Assembly: GCA_964016885.1 (NCBI GenBank)
Contig: OZ024740.1
Location: 253,332,001-253,396,000 of the forward strand
Direction: 5' to 3'
Source of the DNA: Eledone cirrhosa
Lineage: Eukaryota
Length of the DNA: 64,000 nt
Numbering within the stretch: position 1 is the stretch's first letter; the number at the start of each line of letters is the position of its first letter. The position numbers and the translations under genes are program-made. Positions 24,783 to 37,467 of the stretch are shown one piece after another. The notes under the pieces were generated by a model. That model did not search any database, was not told where the DNA came from, and saw only the letters and a list, made by a program, of their open reading frames with translations.

Positions 24783-27240
24783 TATCATCATCATCATCAT
24801 CATCATCGTTTAACATCTATCTTCCATGCTAGCACGGGCTAGATGGGTTTGTCCCACTTGAGGCAAGTTTGGTTGGGTGACCATATCTCACTCGTATAGA
24901 ACTGTTTCTGGCTAGTTTGCTAAAGTTGGATTCCCTTCCTAGTGCCAACCCCGTTTACAGTGTGGACTCGGTGCTTTTTACCGTGTCTCTTACATAACCA
25001 CTTTACAGTGTGGACTGAGTGCTTTTTGTCGTGATACCTACATGACCACTTTTGTGTGGGCTGGATATTCTGTGGTACCAACATAATTTTACAGAGAAAG
25101 GGTGGTGTGGGAGGATGGAGTAGGGGGTGTGGGGTGGGATGTATATTGGGTTAAGAGGTGCCTACTGACTGTAGGTTTAAGGGAAGGAAGGTCTTCTGTA
25201 TTACTACATAGCGCCAAAGATCTCAATCCAGTGACATTTTTTTAGAGAGGTGCAAGTGTGCAAGGTCAATTTTTATCACCTCATCTCAGGTTTTTCTGGG
25301 TCTATCTACTCCGAAGCTTCCATCAATTATGATCGCCCTGCACTTTTTTATACAGCTGTCGTCCTTCATATTCACCACATGACCCTACCAACGTAATCTC
25401 CTCTCAAGTAAATTGCATCTGATCTCTCTTATTCCTAATTTCTCACTTCGTTTACGCTTTGCCATTCATGTATATGACTATTACATATCCATTGGAGCAT
25501 GCATGCTTCGTTCCTTTCTGATCTGTACAGATCCTCGGCACACAAAGCCCAGGTCTTACTACCATGTAATATGGCTGTTCGTATACAAGCATCATACAAT
25601 CTGCAAACTTTTTCCATCCTCTTCTAACTCTGGCTACTATACTTTCAGAACACCCTCCTCCACTGCTGATTTTGTCCCCCAGGTAACGGAAAATGTCTAC
25701 TATTTCTATAGAACCATCTGTGCAGTTGAAGGAGCTAGTATCCAGTGGGCACTTGCTACTTACTGAACCTGAGCATCAGCCACATATAAAATCTACATTC
25801 TTAGATAGCTTGCCTGTGATCCTACTACATCTATGTACCCATAGTTTGTATTTGGGACATAAAATGAAATTTCTACCTACTCCTTTCCAACACACTGAGG
25901 CTGGCCATTTCCCAGAGGGCACTTGTGCCCTATTTTCCTTTCTACATACTAGAACTCTAGTCTTAGACAAGTTAACTTAAAGGCCTTTTGATTCTAGGCC
26001 ATGCTTCCATGACCTGGTCAACTAACTTAATGCCTCTATAATTTTCTCTATCCAGAGCTTCTTCTTTGCCCTTGTAGCAGTTAACGATGTTGCTGCTATG
26101 CCAGTTATTTGGTATGACCCCATTCTATATTAGTTGGTTTACTATCCAGGTGACCATAGTATCTCCCACCATTCCTGATGCTTACAACATCTCAGCAACT
26201 ATTTCCGAAGGGCCAGCTGCCTTGCCTGTCTTCATATCTTTGATTGTCTTACATTAACTTGCACCGCTGGTCCCTCTGTTGGATCAATTTTTAACCTATT
26301 CTCATTTAGTAGTCTCTCGTAATGGCACTTCCAAGCTACCTTCTAATCAGTATCAGTGAGGGCAAGTACACCATCATCATTACGGACACGTTTCTCCCCG
26401 ACAATATCATAATTTTCCTTTACACATTCTCTTGAAATCTTGAACACCTCACGATTTTGGTCCTTGCTAAGTACACTTGTCACCTAGCTTCTCTTCTAGC
26501 CACCTGATAGTGTTTTCTACTTCCCCCATCCCGCCATTCTTTCCAAGTCTGCTTGTTGTCCTTAATTGTCTCCTCCACCTTACTGTTCCACCACCAAGTT
26601 ACTCTCGTCCTGCCTAAAAGTCTGCCCCAGCCACAGATTTTATCTGTCGCCTTCAGCAGGTTATCTTTCATGTATTCCCACTGCTCCTCTATATTGTATG
26701 TCTCTAATTGCTCTTCCTCACTGTCAAAAGCATCAAGTAATATGCTTTTAAATTTGTTACTAGCTGTGGGGTCCTTCAACTTCCATATTCTTCTCTTCGA
26801 GGTAGTCCTCCCATTATTATTAGGTCACTAACTATTAGGCTATGTTGGGAGGTGCATTCTTCACGGAGGAGGGACTTAGTGTTTACAACAGACATCTCTG
26901 TCATGTAAGGATATAATCTATCTGGCTGGAGTGTTGCCCTGATCTATAGGTGATCAAGTGATTGTCTCGTTTTTTGAAGTTTGTGTTACAGATAGTTAGG
27001 TTATTAGCGTCACAGAATTCCAGGATTCTGAAGCCTTCCTCATTTCTAGTACCAAACCCATAGCCTCCCTGGATTCCGTCATAGCCATCACAATGTTGTC
27101 CAACATGATCCTTTATGTCACCAGCAATAATTATGCAGTCACTGTCGGTTATTTGGGAGGTAGTGAGCATCAGTGTCTCATAGAATCTGTCTTTTATAAT
27201 GTCAAGTAGGCCAGATTAGGGTGCATAAGCGGATATTTTG
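24783..27240 (-). mobile_element. Degenerate RTE copy (APE part to tail; RT core deleted at ~26010)
   Basis: Colinear with the 3011 element; (ATC)n at 24783-24806. Confidence 0.88.
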
Positions 27241-27244
27241 TGAT

Positions 27245-29370
27245 AGAGATTGGTAAACTGCTGAAGGCGACAGATGAAATCTGTGGCTGGAGCCGACCTA
27301 TAGGCAGGAGGAGAGTAACCTGGTGAGAACAGTAACGTGGAGGAGATAATCAAGTTAATGGTAGTATAATAAGTAAGGCAATCAAAGTTATGAAGACAGG
27401 CAAGGCCTTCGTAGATAGTTGCTGAGATGTTGAAAGCATCTGGAATGGTGGGACATACTATGGTCACTCGGATAGTAAACCAAGTAATACAGAATGGGGT
27501 CAAACCAAATGACAAGCGTAGCAGCATCATCGTTAACTGTTACAAGGGTAAAAGAGATGTTCTAGATAGGGGAAACTATAGAGGCATTAAGTTAGTTGAT
27601 CAGGTTATGAAGGTCACAGAAAGAGTTACAACTGATCAGAGATTGAATTGATCTAGATGAAATGCAGTTTGGGTTTGTGTCAGGTAAAAGTACCACAGAT
27701 GCTCTTTTCCTGTACGTCAAATACAAGAGAAGTACCTAGCTAAAAGTAAACAACTCTACTTAGCTTTTGTTGACTTGGAGAAAGCCTTTGACAGAGACCC
27801 CCTGCTACATTATCTGGTGGGCCCTTAGAAATCTAGGTGTAGATGAATGGCTTGTGAGAGCTATACAAGCCATGTATAATGAAACAGTCAGCAAGGTTAG
27901 AATTAACAATGAATATAGTGAAGAATTTAGCGTAAAAGTTGGTGTTCATCAAGGCTCTGTCTTTAGCTCCCTCCTGTTTATTATTGCCCTTCAGGTATCA
28001 CAGAGGAGTTTAAAACCGGCTGCCCATGGGAACTTCTATACGCAGATGATCTAACTCTCATTGCTGAATCTATGGCTGAATGAGAGAAGAAATTCCAAAC
28101 ATGGAAGCATGGCCTAGAATCAAAAGGCCTTAAAGTTAACTTGCCTAAGACTAAAGTTCTAGTATGTAGAAAGGAAAATAGGGCACAGGTGCCCTCTGGA
28201 AAATGGCCATGCTCAGTGTGTAGGAAAGTAGTAGGTAGAAATTCCATTTTATGTCCCAAATGCAAACAATGGGTACATAAAATATGTAGTGGGATCACAA
28301 GTAAGCTATCTAAGAACGTAGATTTTATATGTGGAAAATGCTCAGGTGCAATAAGTAGCCAGTGCTCACAGGATATTAGCTCCTTCTACTGCCCAGATGG
28401 TTCTATAGAAATAGTGAACACTTTCCGTAACCTGGGTGACAAAATCAGCAGTGGGGGAGGGTGCCAGAGTTAGGACGGGATGGAAAAAGTTCAGAGAACT
28501 TATACTGCTGTTGGCCACAAAAGGTTTCTCTCTAAAAATGAAAGGCAGATTGTATGATGCCTGTATACTAACAGCAATGTTACATGGCAGTGAGACATGG
28601 GCTTTGTGTGCAGAGGAAAATGCGCAGACTGGAAAGGAACGAAGTATGCATACTCCATTGGATGTGTAATAGTAATATATGCAAACGGCAAAACACATAT
28701 GTGAACTCAGTGAGAAATTAGGTATAAGAGGGATCAGATGCTGTTTACTTGAGAGAAGACTATGTTGGTATGGCCACATGATGCGCATGAAAGGTTGCAG
28801 CTGTATAAAAAAGTGCAGGGCGATCAAAATTGAAGGAAGTTACGGAGTAGATAAACCCAGAAAAACCTGGGTTAATTTGATAAATTCCGACCTTACACAC
28901 TTGCACCTCTCTAAGACAATGTCACTGGACTGAGATCTTTGGCGCCATGCAGTAATACAGAAGGCTCGCCTTACGTATTATACAAAAGAAACCTACAGTC
29001 ACCATTAACCAAATATACACCCCAAAACACTTCCCTTACTCCATCCTCCCACTCTCACCAACACCACCCTCTCTCTGTAAAGTTATGTTGGTACCACAAC
29101 ATCCAGTCCAAACGAGTAAGGTCGTGTAGGTGTCATGACAAAAAACACACAATCCACGTTGTAATGTGGTTGTGTAGGTAATACGGTAAAAAGCTCCCAG
29201 TCCACACTGTAAATGTGGTTGGTGTTAGGAAGGGCATCCAACCGTAGAAAACCTGCCAGATAGTCCTATATGAGCGAGACACGGTAACCCGACTAACCTT
29301 GCCTCGAGTGGGACAACTCCTGTCTAACCCATGCTAGCGTGGAAGATAGACGTTAAACGATGATGATGAT
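27245..29370 (+). mobile_element. Degenerate RTE copy, head-to-head with 24783-27240
   Basis: RT, PHD and C-terminal ORF pieces 27427-28933; (GAT)n tail 29359-29370. Confidence 0.88.
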
Positions 29371-29387
29371 ATATATATATATACACA

Positions 29388-29996
29388 TGGTGGCTGCCAA
29401 CTCGTTTTCGAGTACGGCCACTACTTTATATCCATGTAGGAGAACCCCTACCGATGCGCTGAACGAGTGTGACTTTTTAATCCAGCCAGCGACTTGAAAA
29501 CTCTGGTACAAACACTACACTTGTGACAATTATTGACACATAGTGCTGGGCCCATGGTACCATGTGACGACAAGTGCTGAGAGATCTCCAGATATAAAGC
29601 AATGCCTGTGCCGTGAAGCTTTTATAGTGAGCAAAGGCACTGCACAAAGCCAGTCCCACTATCTTAACCAAGATGATATTTACCAAAAAGAAGAACAAAT
29701 CAACATCATTGGATACCATCAGGGTTGCAGGTGTTATATCAGAGTTTTCCTTCTCCTAGAATTCTGCCTTGACAAAGGCTAAGGGGTCATCTCTCCCGGT
29801 GATTTTGGATGGCCATTGACTCTTTAGAGCTCCTTTGCCCTTTGACAGGTTTTGTTTTTAGTCCTGCAGGATGTCCAAAGTCACCCTCCTCACCAAGAAA
29901 CCTTGGTGGGGTTGCCAGTTTAGTCGCCAACGACCCGACCATGGGACAGGTTGTACTGGGATACATGTTACCAGTAGCACCAGCTGGTGACCTGAC
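29388..29996 (-). mobile_element. ~610-bp non-coding element (probable non-autonomous RTE derivative), copy 1
   Basis: Near-identical to 49385-49990, 50186-50719 and 58688-59296. Carries an RTE-5'UTR-like motif (gcc..aggca..ctaggagaaggaaaactctga), a 3' stem-loop ctcgaaaacgag and a (TGTA)n-like tail. Confidence 0.75.
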
Positions 29997-30236
29997 ACAA
30001 ATATATACACATACATATATATACACACACATACACACATACATACATACACACATATACATATACATACATACACGCATGCACACATATATATGTATAT
30101 ATATATATATAAACACATATATACACATACACATACACACACACACATATATATGTACACACACATGTACATATATATATACATACTTACATATACATAT
30201 ATATACACACACGCACATACATATTTATATATACAT

Positions 30237-30267
<31 letters not shown>

Positions 30268-30269
<2 letters not shown>

Positions 30270-30457
30270 ATTGTTTCTACTATTAGCACAAGGCCAGAAA
30301 TTACCCAGTACATTACTGGTACTTTATTTTATCGACCCCGTAAGGATGAAAGGCAAAGTTAACCTCGGCGGGATTTGAACTCAGATCGTAAAGGGACGTA
30401 ACTATGCTGGAAAGCATGACGTCCGACCCTCTACCGATACTGCCAATCCACCTGCCA
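30268..30457 (-). mobile_element. tRNA-derived SINE
   Basis: Near-identical to 7381-7568. Confidence 0.88.
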
Positions 30458-30599
30458 TATATATATATATAATGGAGGAAGTATGGTAAGGAACCAGGTG
30501 GACCATAATGCACAAGAGTACTCGATACTTAGGTCAGTAGAATGGGTCCTGGACATTTTACTATATAATTATAAAAATATATATATATATATATAGCAA

Positions 30600-32194
30600 A
30601 AAGTATGACCCCGACGGCAGAGCTCAAGCCGTTTCGACGGCTATTTCTGGACTAAATTAGAATTTTTAGCCTGGTGAATAAATAGCAGAACTTGTCAGGG
30701 GGGTACTTCCTTATATGGGAAGATTGTAGTTGTCAAGAGGATTGGTTAAAATTTGTTGTAAACACAAATAAGTCTATCATGGCATTTGGTGGGAGGTAGG
30801 GGTGGCTGAACTTGCCGGTAGAACAATAGGGGAGTGAAGTCGGTCAAGCGTTGAAAGTGATATGTATACAGCAGATTCTAAGGATAGTGTATGAAGTAGA
30901 GGAGGGAGGTTATAGAATAGGTAATTCGAATGAGAGTAGGAGACAATAAAAGATAATAGAAAGAAATAAAAAAAATAAAAAAAATATATAAAATTAGATA
31001 GTGAGAAATGAATAAAAAAAATCACAATGCTATCTTACAATTACAGGTTAATAAGTTGAGAATAGAAAAAAATTGTAGAAATGGAGTAGTAACAAAACTG
31101 ATACAAAATTAAAGGGTCTAACACATCTGCTATAAGTAGTTAGTAAAACGTAATCGACCAATTCTATCTTAAAATTACAGGGGTGGGGGAACTGATGCTA
31201 CAGAGGCCCGATGGGCTGCATCGGGGTAGGCAAAAGGGGAAAAGCAGACGAGGAAGAAAATAGGCGGTGGAAGGAAGTGATAGGATGAGACAGGGGGAAG
31301 AAGACATAGAGGAAAAGAAAAGAAATATATCTACCTATGTAAGCTGGGGTTTCCCCTAACTTATTCGGCAAGTGAGGGGGGGGTATCAGCCCTTGTCTAC
31401 CCACCCGGGTCGTTATGGGGTTTGAGGGCGAGGTAAGTCCTACGCAATCTGTGTTTGCATGCGGTTACCAGTTCGCCTTTCTTGTTTAGGAGCTGGTCCT
31501 TCGAAAACAACATTTGTAATGTTTCCTCCGAGCATAAGTTACACGGACGGCGTCCTCCAGTGTAAGAGTTAGCTCTGGACAGTAAGCTCCAAGTGAGATT
31601 GTAGGTTATATTATTATCTTGGAGGTCCCAGATAATAATATAACCTACAATCGGGGTCGATAAAATAAAGTACCAGTAATACACTTGGTAATTGCTGGCC
31701 TTGTGCCAAAAGTAGAAACAATTACTAATATTTGAAAAACTCAGATTACATTTATTGTATTCAGCCATGTAGAGCGAAATTTTCTTTTTTATTTGAATTT
31801 GGCAAAGCCGGCCATTTAACGCTTGTATACAGGAAACTGACTGGCCACTCTACTGAGATGCAAATCTGGCTGATCAGTGGATCTGCTAATATGCAGATCT
31901 GACTGATCAGCCAGTCTGCTAATATGCAAATCAGGCCGATCAGTCACTGTGTATTTTTGAAAATAGCATATATTTCACTAGCTCTGACAGTTTGGCAGGT
32001 GAACAGTGAGCTGTTGCAAACGAATCGAATGTTATTATTAATATTCGAAAAACTCAGATTACATTTATTGTATTCAGCCATGTAGAGCGAAATTTTCTTT
32101 TTTTTATATATATATATACACATTCATACATACCTAGACATGCATATGCATATATATACACGCGCATACATATATATTCATATAAATAAATAAA

Positions 32195-32228
<34 letters not shown>

Positions 32229-33400
32229 CATATATATGTATATATAACATGTATAACATATATATATACGCATACATATAAATTATATATAAATAAACAT
32301 ACACATACATATATATATAATGAAAGGATAACAAGGACAATTGGTTACTCCTTCATTACATTTATTGGTTGGTGACGCGCGTTTCGCCACTGAAAATTAC
32401 AGAAGGTTATATTAGGAAGAAATAATACAATGATAAATAAAGGATAAATTAATAAATTGGAAGTTGTTAGGTGTGTTGTTGTTGTCTGCATCTGGTATGT
32501 ATTTGAGCCTCTCCTTGAGGCCTGCCTTAAGTAAAGCTATGTTGTAGTAGTTCGCGTGTTCATTAAAAATCTCTAGGTTAGAAGATAAACGTGAAATTCT
32601 GAGGGATACACAATGTGCTATGGAGTTAATTATGGAGCGAGGGTGGTTTGAGTTATAACTAATGTATGCTAGATTTTCGTTATTTTTATGGAAGGGCTCT
32701 ATTAGTCCTGTGTTTAGGTTGAATGTTACATCTAAGAAGTTAGCTTTTTTAGAATTAAGTTTGAAGAATATTCTAATGTTTTTATGTAATCTTTCCAAGT
32801 TTTGATTATTTAAGTTTTTAGCTAAAAGGAGTGTATCGTCTCTATAATTTCCTCCTTGGAGGTTATTAAATTCCTTATGTAAGTTATACGCTATATATAT
32901 TCCAACTATGTCTGTTACTTGAGCTGAGTCGCTAGATCCCATAGTGATATCAAAGCTATTCTGTCTGTTTTTTCTTTCCCAATAACTATTATCAAACCTA
33001 ATGATAGTTCTCCTAGCAACTAGTATTATTCTAATTTCATCAGAGGAAAGGTTCGAGTTTTTCTGTGCAAAGGTTAGTGCCTTATTTAGGGTGACTGGGG
33101 AAATGAAGGAGTAGTAGTCATTGATGCCAAACTGTATGAAGTCGGATGTTTCCTTATTGTCTATTTTGCTAAACCAATCTATTGCTTCGTTAGTGTTACC
33201 CCATAGCTTAATTATTAGTTTGTCTTTAATTTGTGCTATTATTCTATCTAGTATATACTTGCTAATTCTACCTATATCCGATTTCGATGGGCATATTAAT
33301 CTAATAGTAGGGTCAGATTGGAAGTTATATTTATGATCTTTCAGATTAAATGTGGGTTATATTGCTATTTTCAACAATCATATTATGTTCATTTTTTTCA
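30600..33400 (-). mobile_element. Penelope-like element of a second lineage (RT remnant 32412-33400; endonuclease C-terminus 31397-31640), interrupted at ~31640-32410
   Basis: MGSSDSAQVTDIVG, YRDD, NFLDVTF, SNHP, CNLCSEE..LLNKKGEL..CKH motifs. Confidence 0.8.
30609..30703 (-). ncRNA. Type I hammerhead ribozyme motif with one core substitution (CUGACAA)
   Basis: Minus strand: cccc-CUGACAA-long stem II (gctattt..aaatagc, ggctaaa..tttagtc)-GAAA-cggc ttgagctct gccg-UC-gggg. Lies downstream of the PLE ORF. Confidence 0.72.
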
Positions 33401-33459
33401 CATATATATTTTTTTAAATGTATTTTTTACCATCTTCATTCTAACTTATTTATTATTAT

Positions 33460-33575
33460 TTATTTTTATTATTTTTTATTTTTTATTTTTTATTTTTTAT
33501 TTTTTATTTTTTATTTTTTATTTTTTATTTTTTATTTTTTATTTTTTATTTTTTATTTTTTATTTTTTATTTTTT
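33460..33575. repeat. (TTTTTTA)n heptamer microsatellite
   Basis: Read directly. Confidence 0.9.
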
Positions 33576-33993
33576 ATCTCTTTTTTCTTTTCTTATTTTT
33601 TTCTTTTTCTTTCTTTATAACTGATGTTGTTATTTGAATTCTCCTAGTATATTACAAACGCCATGTATAATTTTTATCAGTTATTCCGATGATTTGATTA
33701 GGCATGCATGTATTTAAAATTGAGTGACACAATTTCAAGTGATTAGCAATTTTTAGACACCCTAATCAATGAAACAATTGTTAATACTGTAAATAAAACC
33801 CTTTTTGTTCTGTTGACCATGTTATTCTTCACTCTTTCACTATCATCAGGAAGCCCATTTCTCACGAATGAAACAGTTCTAGTCCTGTAGAAGCTCTTCT
33901 ATATTAAAACATTTATACTCTGCTATGTTTTGAGTACCTTACTTACTGTGGTTACTCCCGATTCAACCCGGAATAACTTATAATATATATATA

Positions 33994-35988
33994 TATGAAG
34001 ACGGGTAAAGCGGCTGGGCCTTCGGAAATAGTTGCTGAGATTCTGAAAGCCTCTGGAACGGTGGGACACACTATGGTCACCCGGATAGTAAACCAAGTCA
34101 TACAGAATGGAGTTGTTCCGAAGGACTGGCGTAGCAGCATCATCATTAACTGCTACAAGGGTAAAGGAGACGCCCTAGATAGGAGTAACTATAGAGGCAT
34201 TAAATTAATCGACCAGGTCATGAAGGTCACGGAAAAAGTAATAGCGCAACTAATCAGAGAGACCTAGATGAAATGCAGTTCGGGTTTGTGTCAGGCAAAA
34301 GTACCACAGACGCTCTTTTCATTGTACGACAACTACAGGAGAAGTACCTAGCTAAAAGTAAACCCCTATACTTAGCTTTCGTCGACTTGGAGAAAGCCTT
34401 CGACAGAGTCCCCCGTTCCATTATCTGGTGGGCTCTTAGAAAACTAGGTGTTGATGAATGGCTTGTGAGAGCTATTAGAAGCCATGTATAAAGAAACAGT
34501 CAGCAAGGTTAGAATTAACAACGAATATAGTGAAGAGTTTAGCGTAAAAGTTGGTGTTCATCAGGGCTCTGTTCTTAGCCCCCTACTATTTATTATTGCC
34601 CTTCAGGCTATAATAGTGGAGTTCAAGACCGGCTGCCCATGGGAACTCCTATACGCAGATGATCTAACGCTCATAGCTGAATCAATGGCCGAGCTAGAGA
34701 AGAAATTCCAAACATGGAAGCACGGCCTAGAATCAAAAGGCCTTAAAATTAACCTGGCTAAGACTAAAGTTCTAGTTTGTAGGAAAGAAATAGGGCACCG
34801 GTGCCTTCCAGGAAATGGCCATGCTCAGTTTGTAGGAAAGGCGTAGGTAGAAACTCCATTTTATGTCCCAAATGCAAAGTATGGGTGCATAAAAGATGTA
34901 GTGGGATCATAGGTAAGCTAACTAAGAACATAGATTTTACATGTGGCCGGTGCTCTAGTGCAATAAGTAGCAGCAAGTGCCCACAAAATACTACCTCTTT
35001 CAATTGCGCAGAGGGTTCTATAGAAATAGTGGACAGCTTCCGTTACCTGGGTGACAAAATCAGCAGTGGGGGAGGGTGCTCTGAAAGTACAGTAGCTAGA
35101 GTCAGAATTGGATGGAAAAAGTTCAGAGAGCTTATACCACTATTAGCCGCTAAAGGGTTCTCCCTAAAAATGAAAGGCAGGCTGTATTATGCCTGCATAC
35201 GAACAGCAATGTTGCATGGCAGTGAGACCTGGGCATTGTGTGCAGAGGATATACGCAGACTAGAGAGGAACGAAACTTGCATGCTCCGCTGGATGTGTAA
35301 TAGTAATATACGCGAACGGCAAAGCATAAACGAACTAAGGGAAAAATTAGAAATAAGAGGGATCAGATGTTGTTTACGCGAGAGAAGGCTACGTTGGTAT
35401 GGTCACGTGATGTGCATGAAAGACGACAGCTGTATAAAAAAGTGCAGGGCAATAAAGATAGACGGTAGCCACGGAGTAGGCAGACCCAGAAAAACCTGGA
35501 ACGACCTGATAAACTCCGACCTCACACACTTACACCTCTCCAAGACAATGTCACTGGACCGAGATCTTTGGCGGCACTCAGTAATAGAGAAGACCCGCCT
35601 TACCTAAATACAAAGTAAAACCTTCTACAGTCAGTAGGCATCTCTACCAAAATACACCCCCGCCCCACCACCCCCACCCCATCCACACCGCCCCTTTCAA
35701 TGTAAAGTTATGTTGGGGCCACAACATCCAGGCCAAAACAAATGAGATCGTGTAGGTGTCACGACAAAAAAACACACAGTCCACGCTGTAATGTGGCCGT
35801 GTAGGCAACACGGTAAAAACCTCCCAGTCCCACACTGTAAATGTGGTTGGTGTTAGGAAGGGCATCCAGCTGTAGAAAACCCGCCAGACAGTCCTATGCG
35901 AGCAAGACAACCACTCTTGCCTCAAGTGGGAAAACTCCCGTCCAAACCCATGCAAGCATGGAACATGGACGTTAAACGATGATGATGA

Positions 35989-35991
<3 letters not shown>
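33994..35991 (+). mobile_element. 5'-truncated RTE copy, relatively young (few frameshifts), between (TA)n runs
   Basis: ORF pieces 33995-35607 with YADD, PHD and GRPRKTW; (GAT)n tail ~35978-35991. Confidence 0.92.
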
Positions 35992-36029
<38 letters not shown>

Positions 36030-36033
<4 letters not shown>

Positions 36034-36463
36034 CAAAAGGGATATTCAATTTGTTGGTAATTCAACAAATATAAATGTTTATAATTGATTCAGAGCACTC
36101 GACAAGTTTTCTGGAGTTTAATATCCAATGATATTAAATAAATGGAAACTATATTTATAAAACCATATTTATTCTATTATATACCAAAACTTTGGTACGC
36201 TTTCATCAGATAAAATACAAAGTTTGTTTTATAAATTTTGACATAACCAAGAAAAGATACCTTAACGGTTCAAGTTTTTCTTGGATAGAAAAACTTGATA
36301 GAAAAACTTGAACCGTTAAGGTATCTTTTCTTGGTTATGTCAAAATTTATAAAACAAATTTTGTATTTTATCTGATGAAAGCATACCAAAGTTTTGGTAC
36401 CCTTGAAATATATATAATAGAATAAATATGGTTTTATAAATATAGTTTCCATTTATTTAATAT

Positions 36464-36470
<7 letters not shown>
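36030..36470. mobile_element. Palindromic copy of the 1628-1910 hammerhead-bearing element in (TA)n
   Basis: Arms ~36126-36282 / 36300-36468, folding back at cttaacggttcaagtttttc. Confidence 0.85.
36364..36424 (+). ncRNA. Type I hammerhead ribozyme motif (intact core)
   Basis: tattttat-CUGAUGA-aag..taccaaa..tttggta..ctt-GAAA-tatata-UA-atagaata. The mirror copy at ~36170-36218 lacks GAAA because of a deletion. Confidence 0.78.
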
Positions 36471-36511
<41 letters not shown>

Positions 36512-36761
36512 ACCTCTTTCTCCCTCTACTATTTTTTGTCTCCCTTTTTTCTTTAAATCAAGCAAAATTTAATAATCAGGTCTTGCTAGCAGGGAAAACA
36601 GATGTTAAATGATGATGATGATGATGATGATGATAATGATGATATATAGTGATAATGACAATAATGATGATGATGATGGCGATGATGATGATGACAATGA
36701 TGATAGTGATGAGTGACGATGATGATGGTGATGTAATAAATATCAAAATAACATGTTATAC

Positions 36762-36790
36762 CTGAAAGGTCTTTTCTCCTAGTCCTTGGG
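36762..36790 (-). CDS. FPGS: FPGS-like micro-exon 2: (A)QGLGEKTFQ
   Basis: ttaatccag acceptor, ag|gtataa donor, 29 bp (phase 1 to 0). Gives ...KTFQ|NAL, like the ..YQ|DAV junction of FPGS. Confidence 0.55.
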
Positions 36791-36990
36791 CTGGATTAAT
36801 AACATCACAGAAAATGTGTTGATATCCATATGTTGAGGTAATGTTTGAATTGTTCATACTAATATTTTGATATTGATGTTAGTATTGATATATTTATAGA
36901 TCTATCTATATTTACAAACCACTGTTACTAATTGTATATATTATATATATATATATAAGCAATGAGTTATATATATATATAAGCAATGAG

Positions 36991-37030
<40 letters not shown>

Positions 37031-37042
37031 TTTTAAATAATT

Positions 37043-37087
<45 letters not shown>

Positions 37088-37433
37088 TTGTTAGTAGCGG
37101 TATCTATGTGTATATATATATGTGTGTGTATTGTTGTTGATTATATTGCTATTGTTATTAGTAGTGGTATATATAATTATAAAGAAGAGATACAATACAC
37201 AGTTCAATAATACTTTTGAGAAGTGATTGACTTAATAATTGAGACATTTTATATAGACTTGTTACCTCCCCACCAACACCAACACCACCTCACCATGTCT
37301 CTTCCATTCTGACCACAATCTCTCCATCTCTCCCCTTTTCTCTCCATCACCATCTCCCTTTCATGCCCCATCTCCACTCTCTCTCCTTCCTCTCCTCTAA
37401 CCACTCCCCACCCCTCACTCATATAGTATTTAC

Positions 37434-37467
37434 CTTTCAATCCATTTATTTTTAAAATTTTCTCCAT
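37434..37467 (-). CDS. FPGS: Candidate FPGS start exon: MEKILKINGLK (exon may begin at the acceptor at 37493)
   Basis: accATGg context, ag|gtaaat donor, phase 1 matching the micro-exon. Confidence 0.45.

Noticed and set aside
29477-29782. Recurrent ~80-aa ORFs (MVSNDVDLFF.., MLGPWYHV..) in several places
   Set aside because: They recur only because the 610-bp repeat recurs; several use non-ATG starts, indels differ between copies, and there is no domain.
33822-33865. Minus-strand CUGAUGA-uagu-GAAA hammerhead-like words
   Set aside because: No stem II and no unpaired H at the cleavage site; likely chance.
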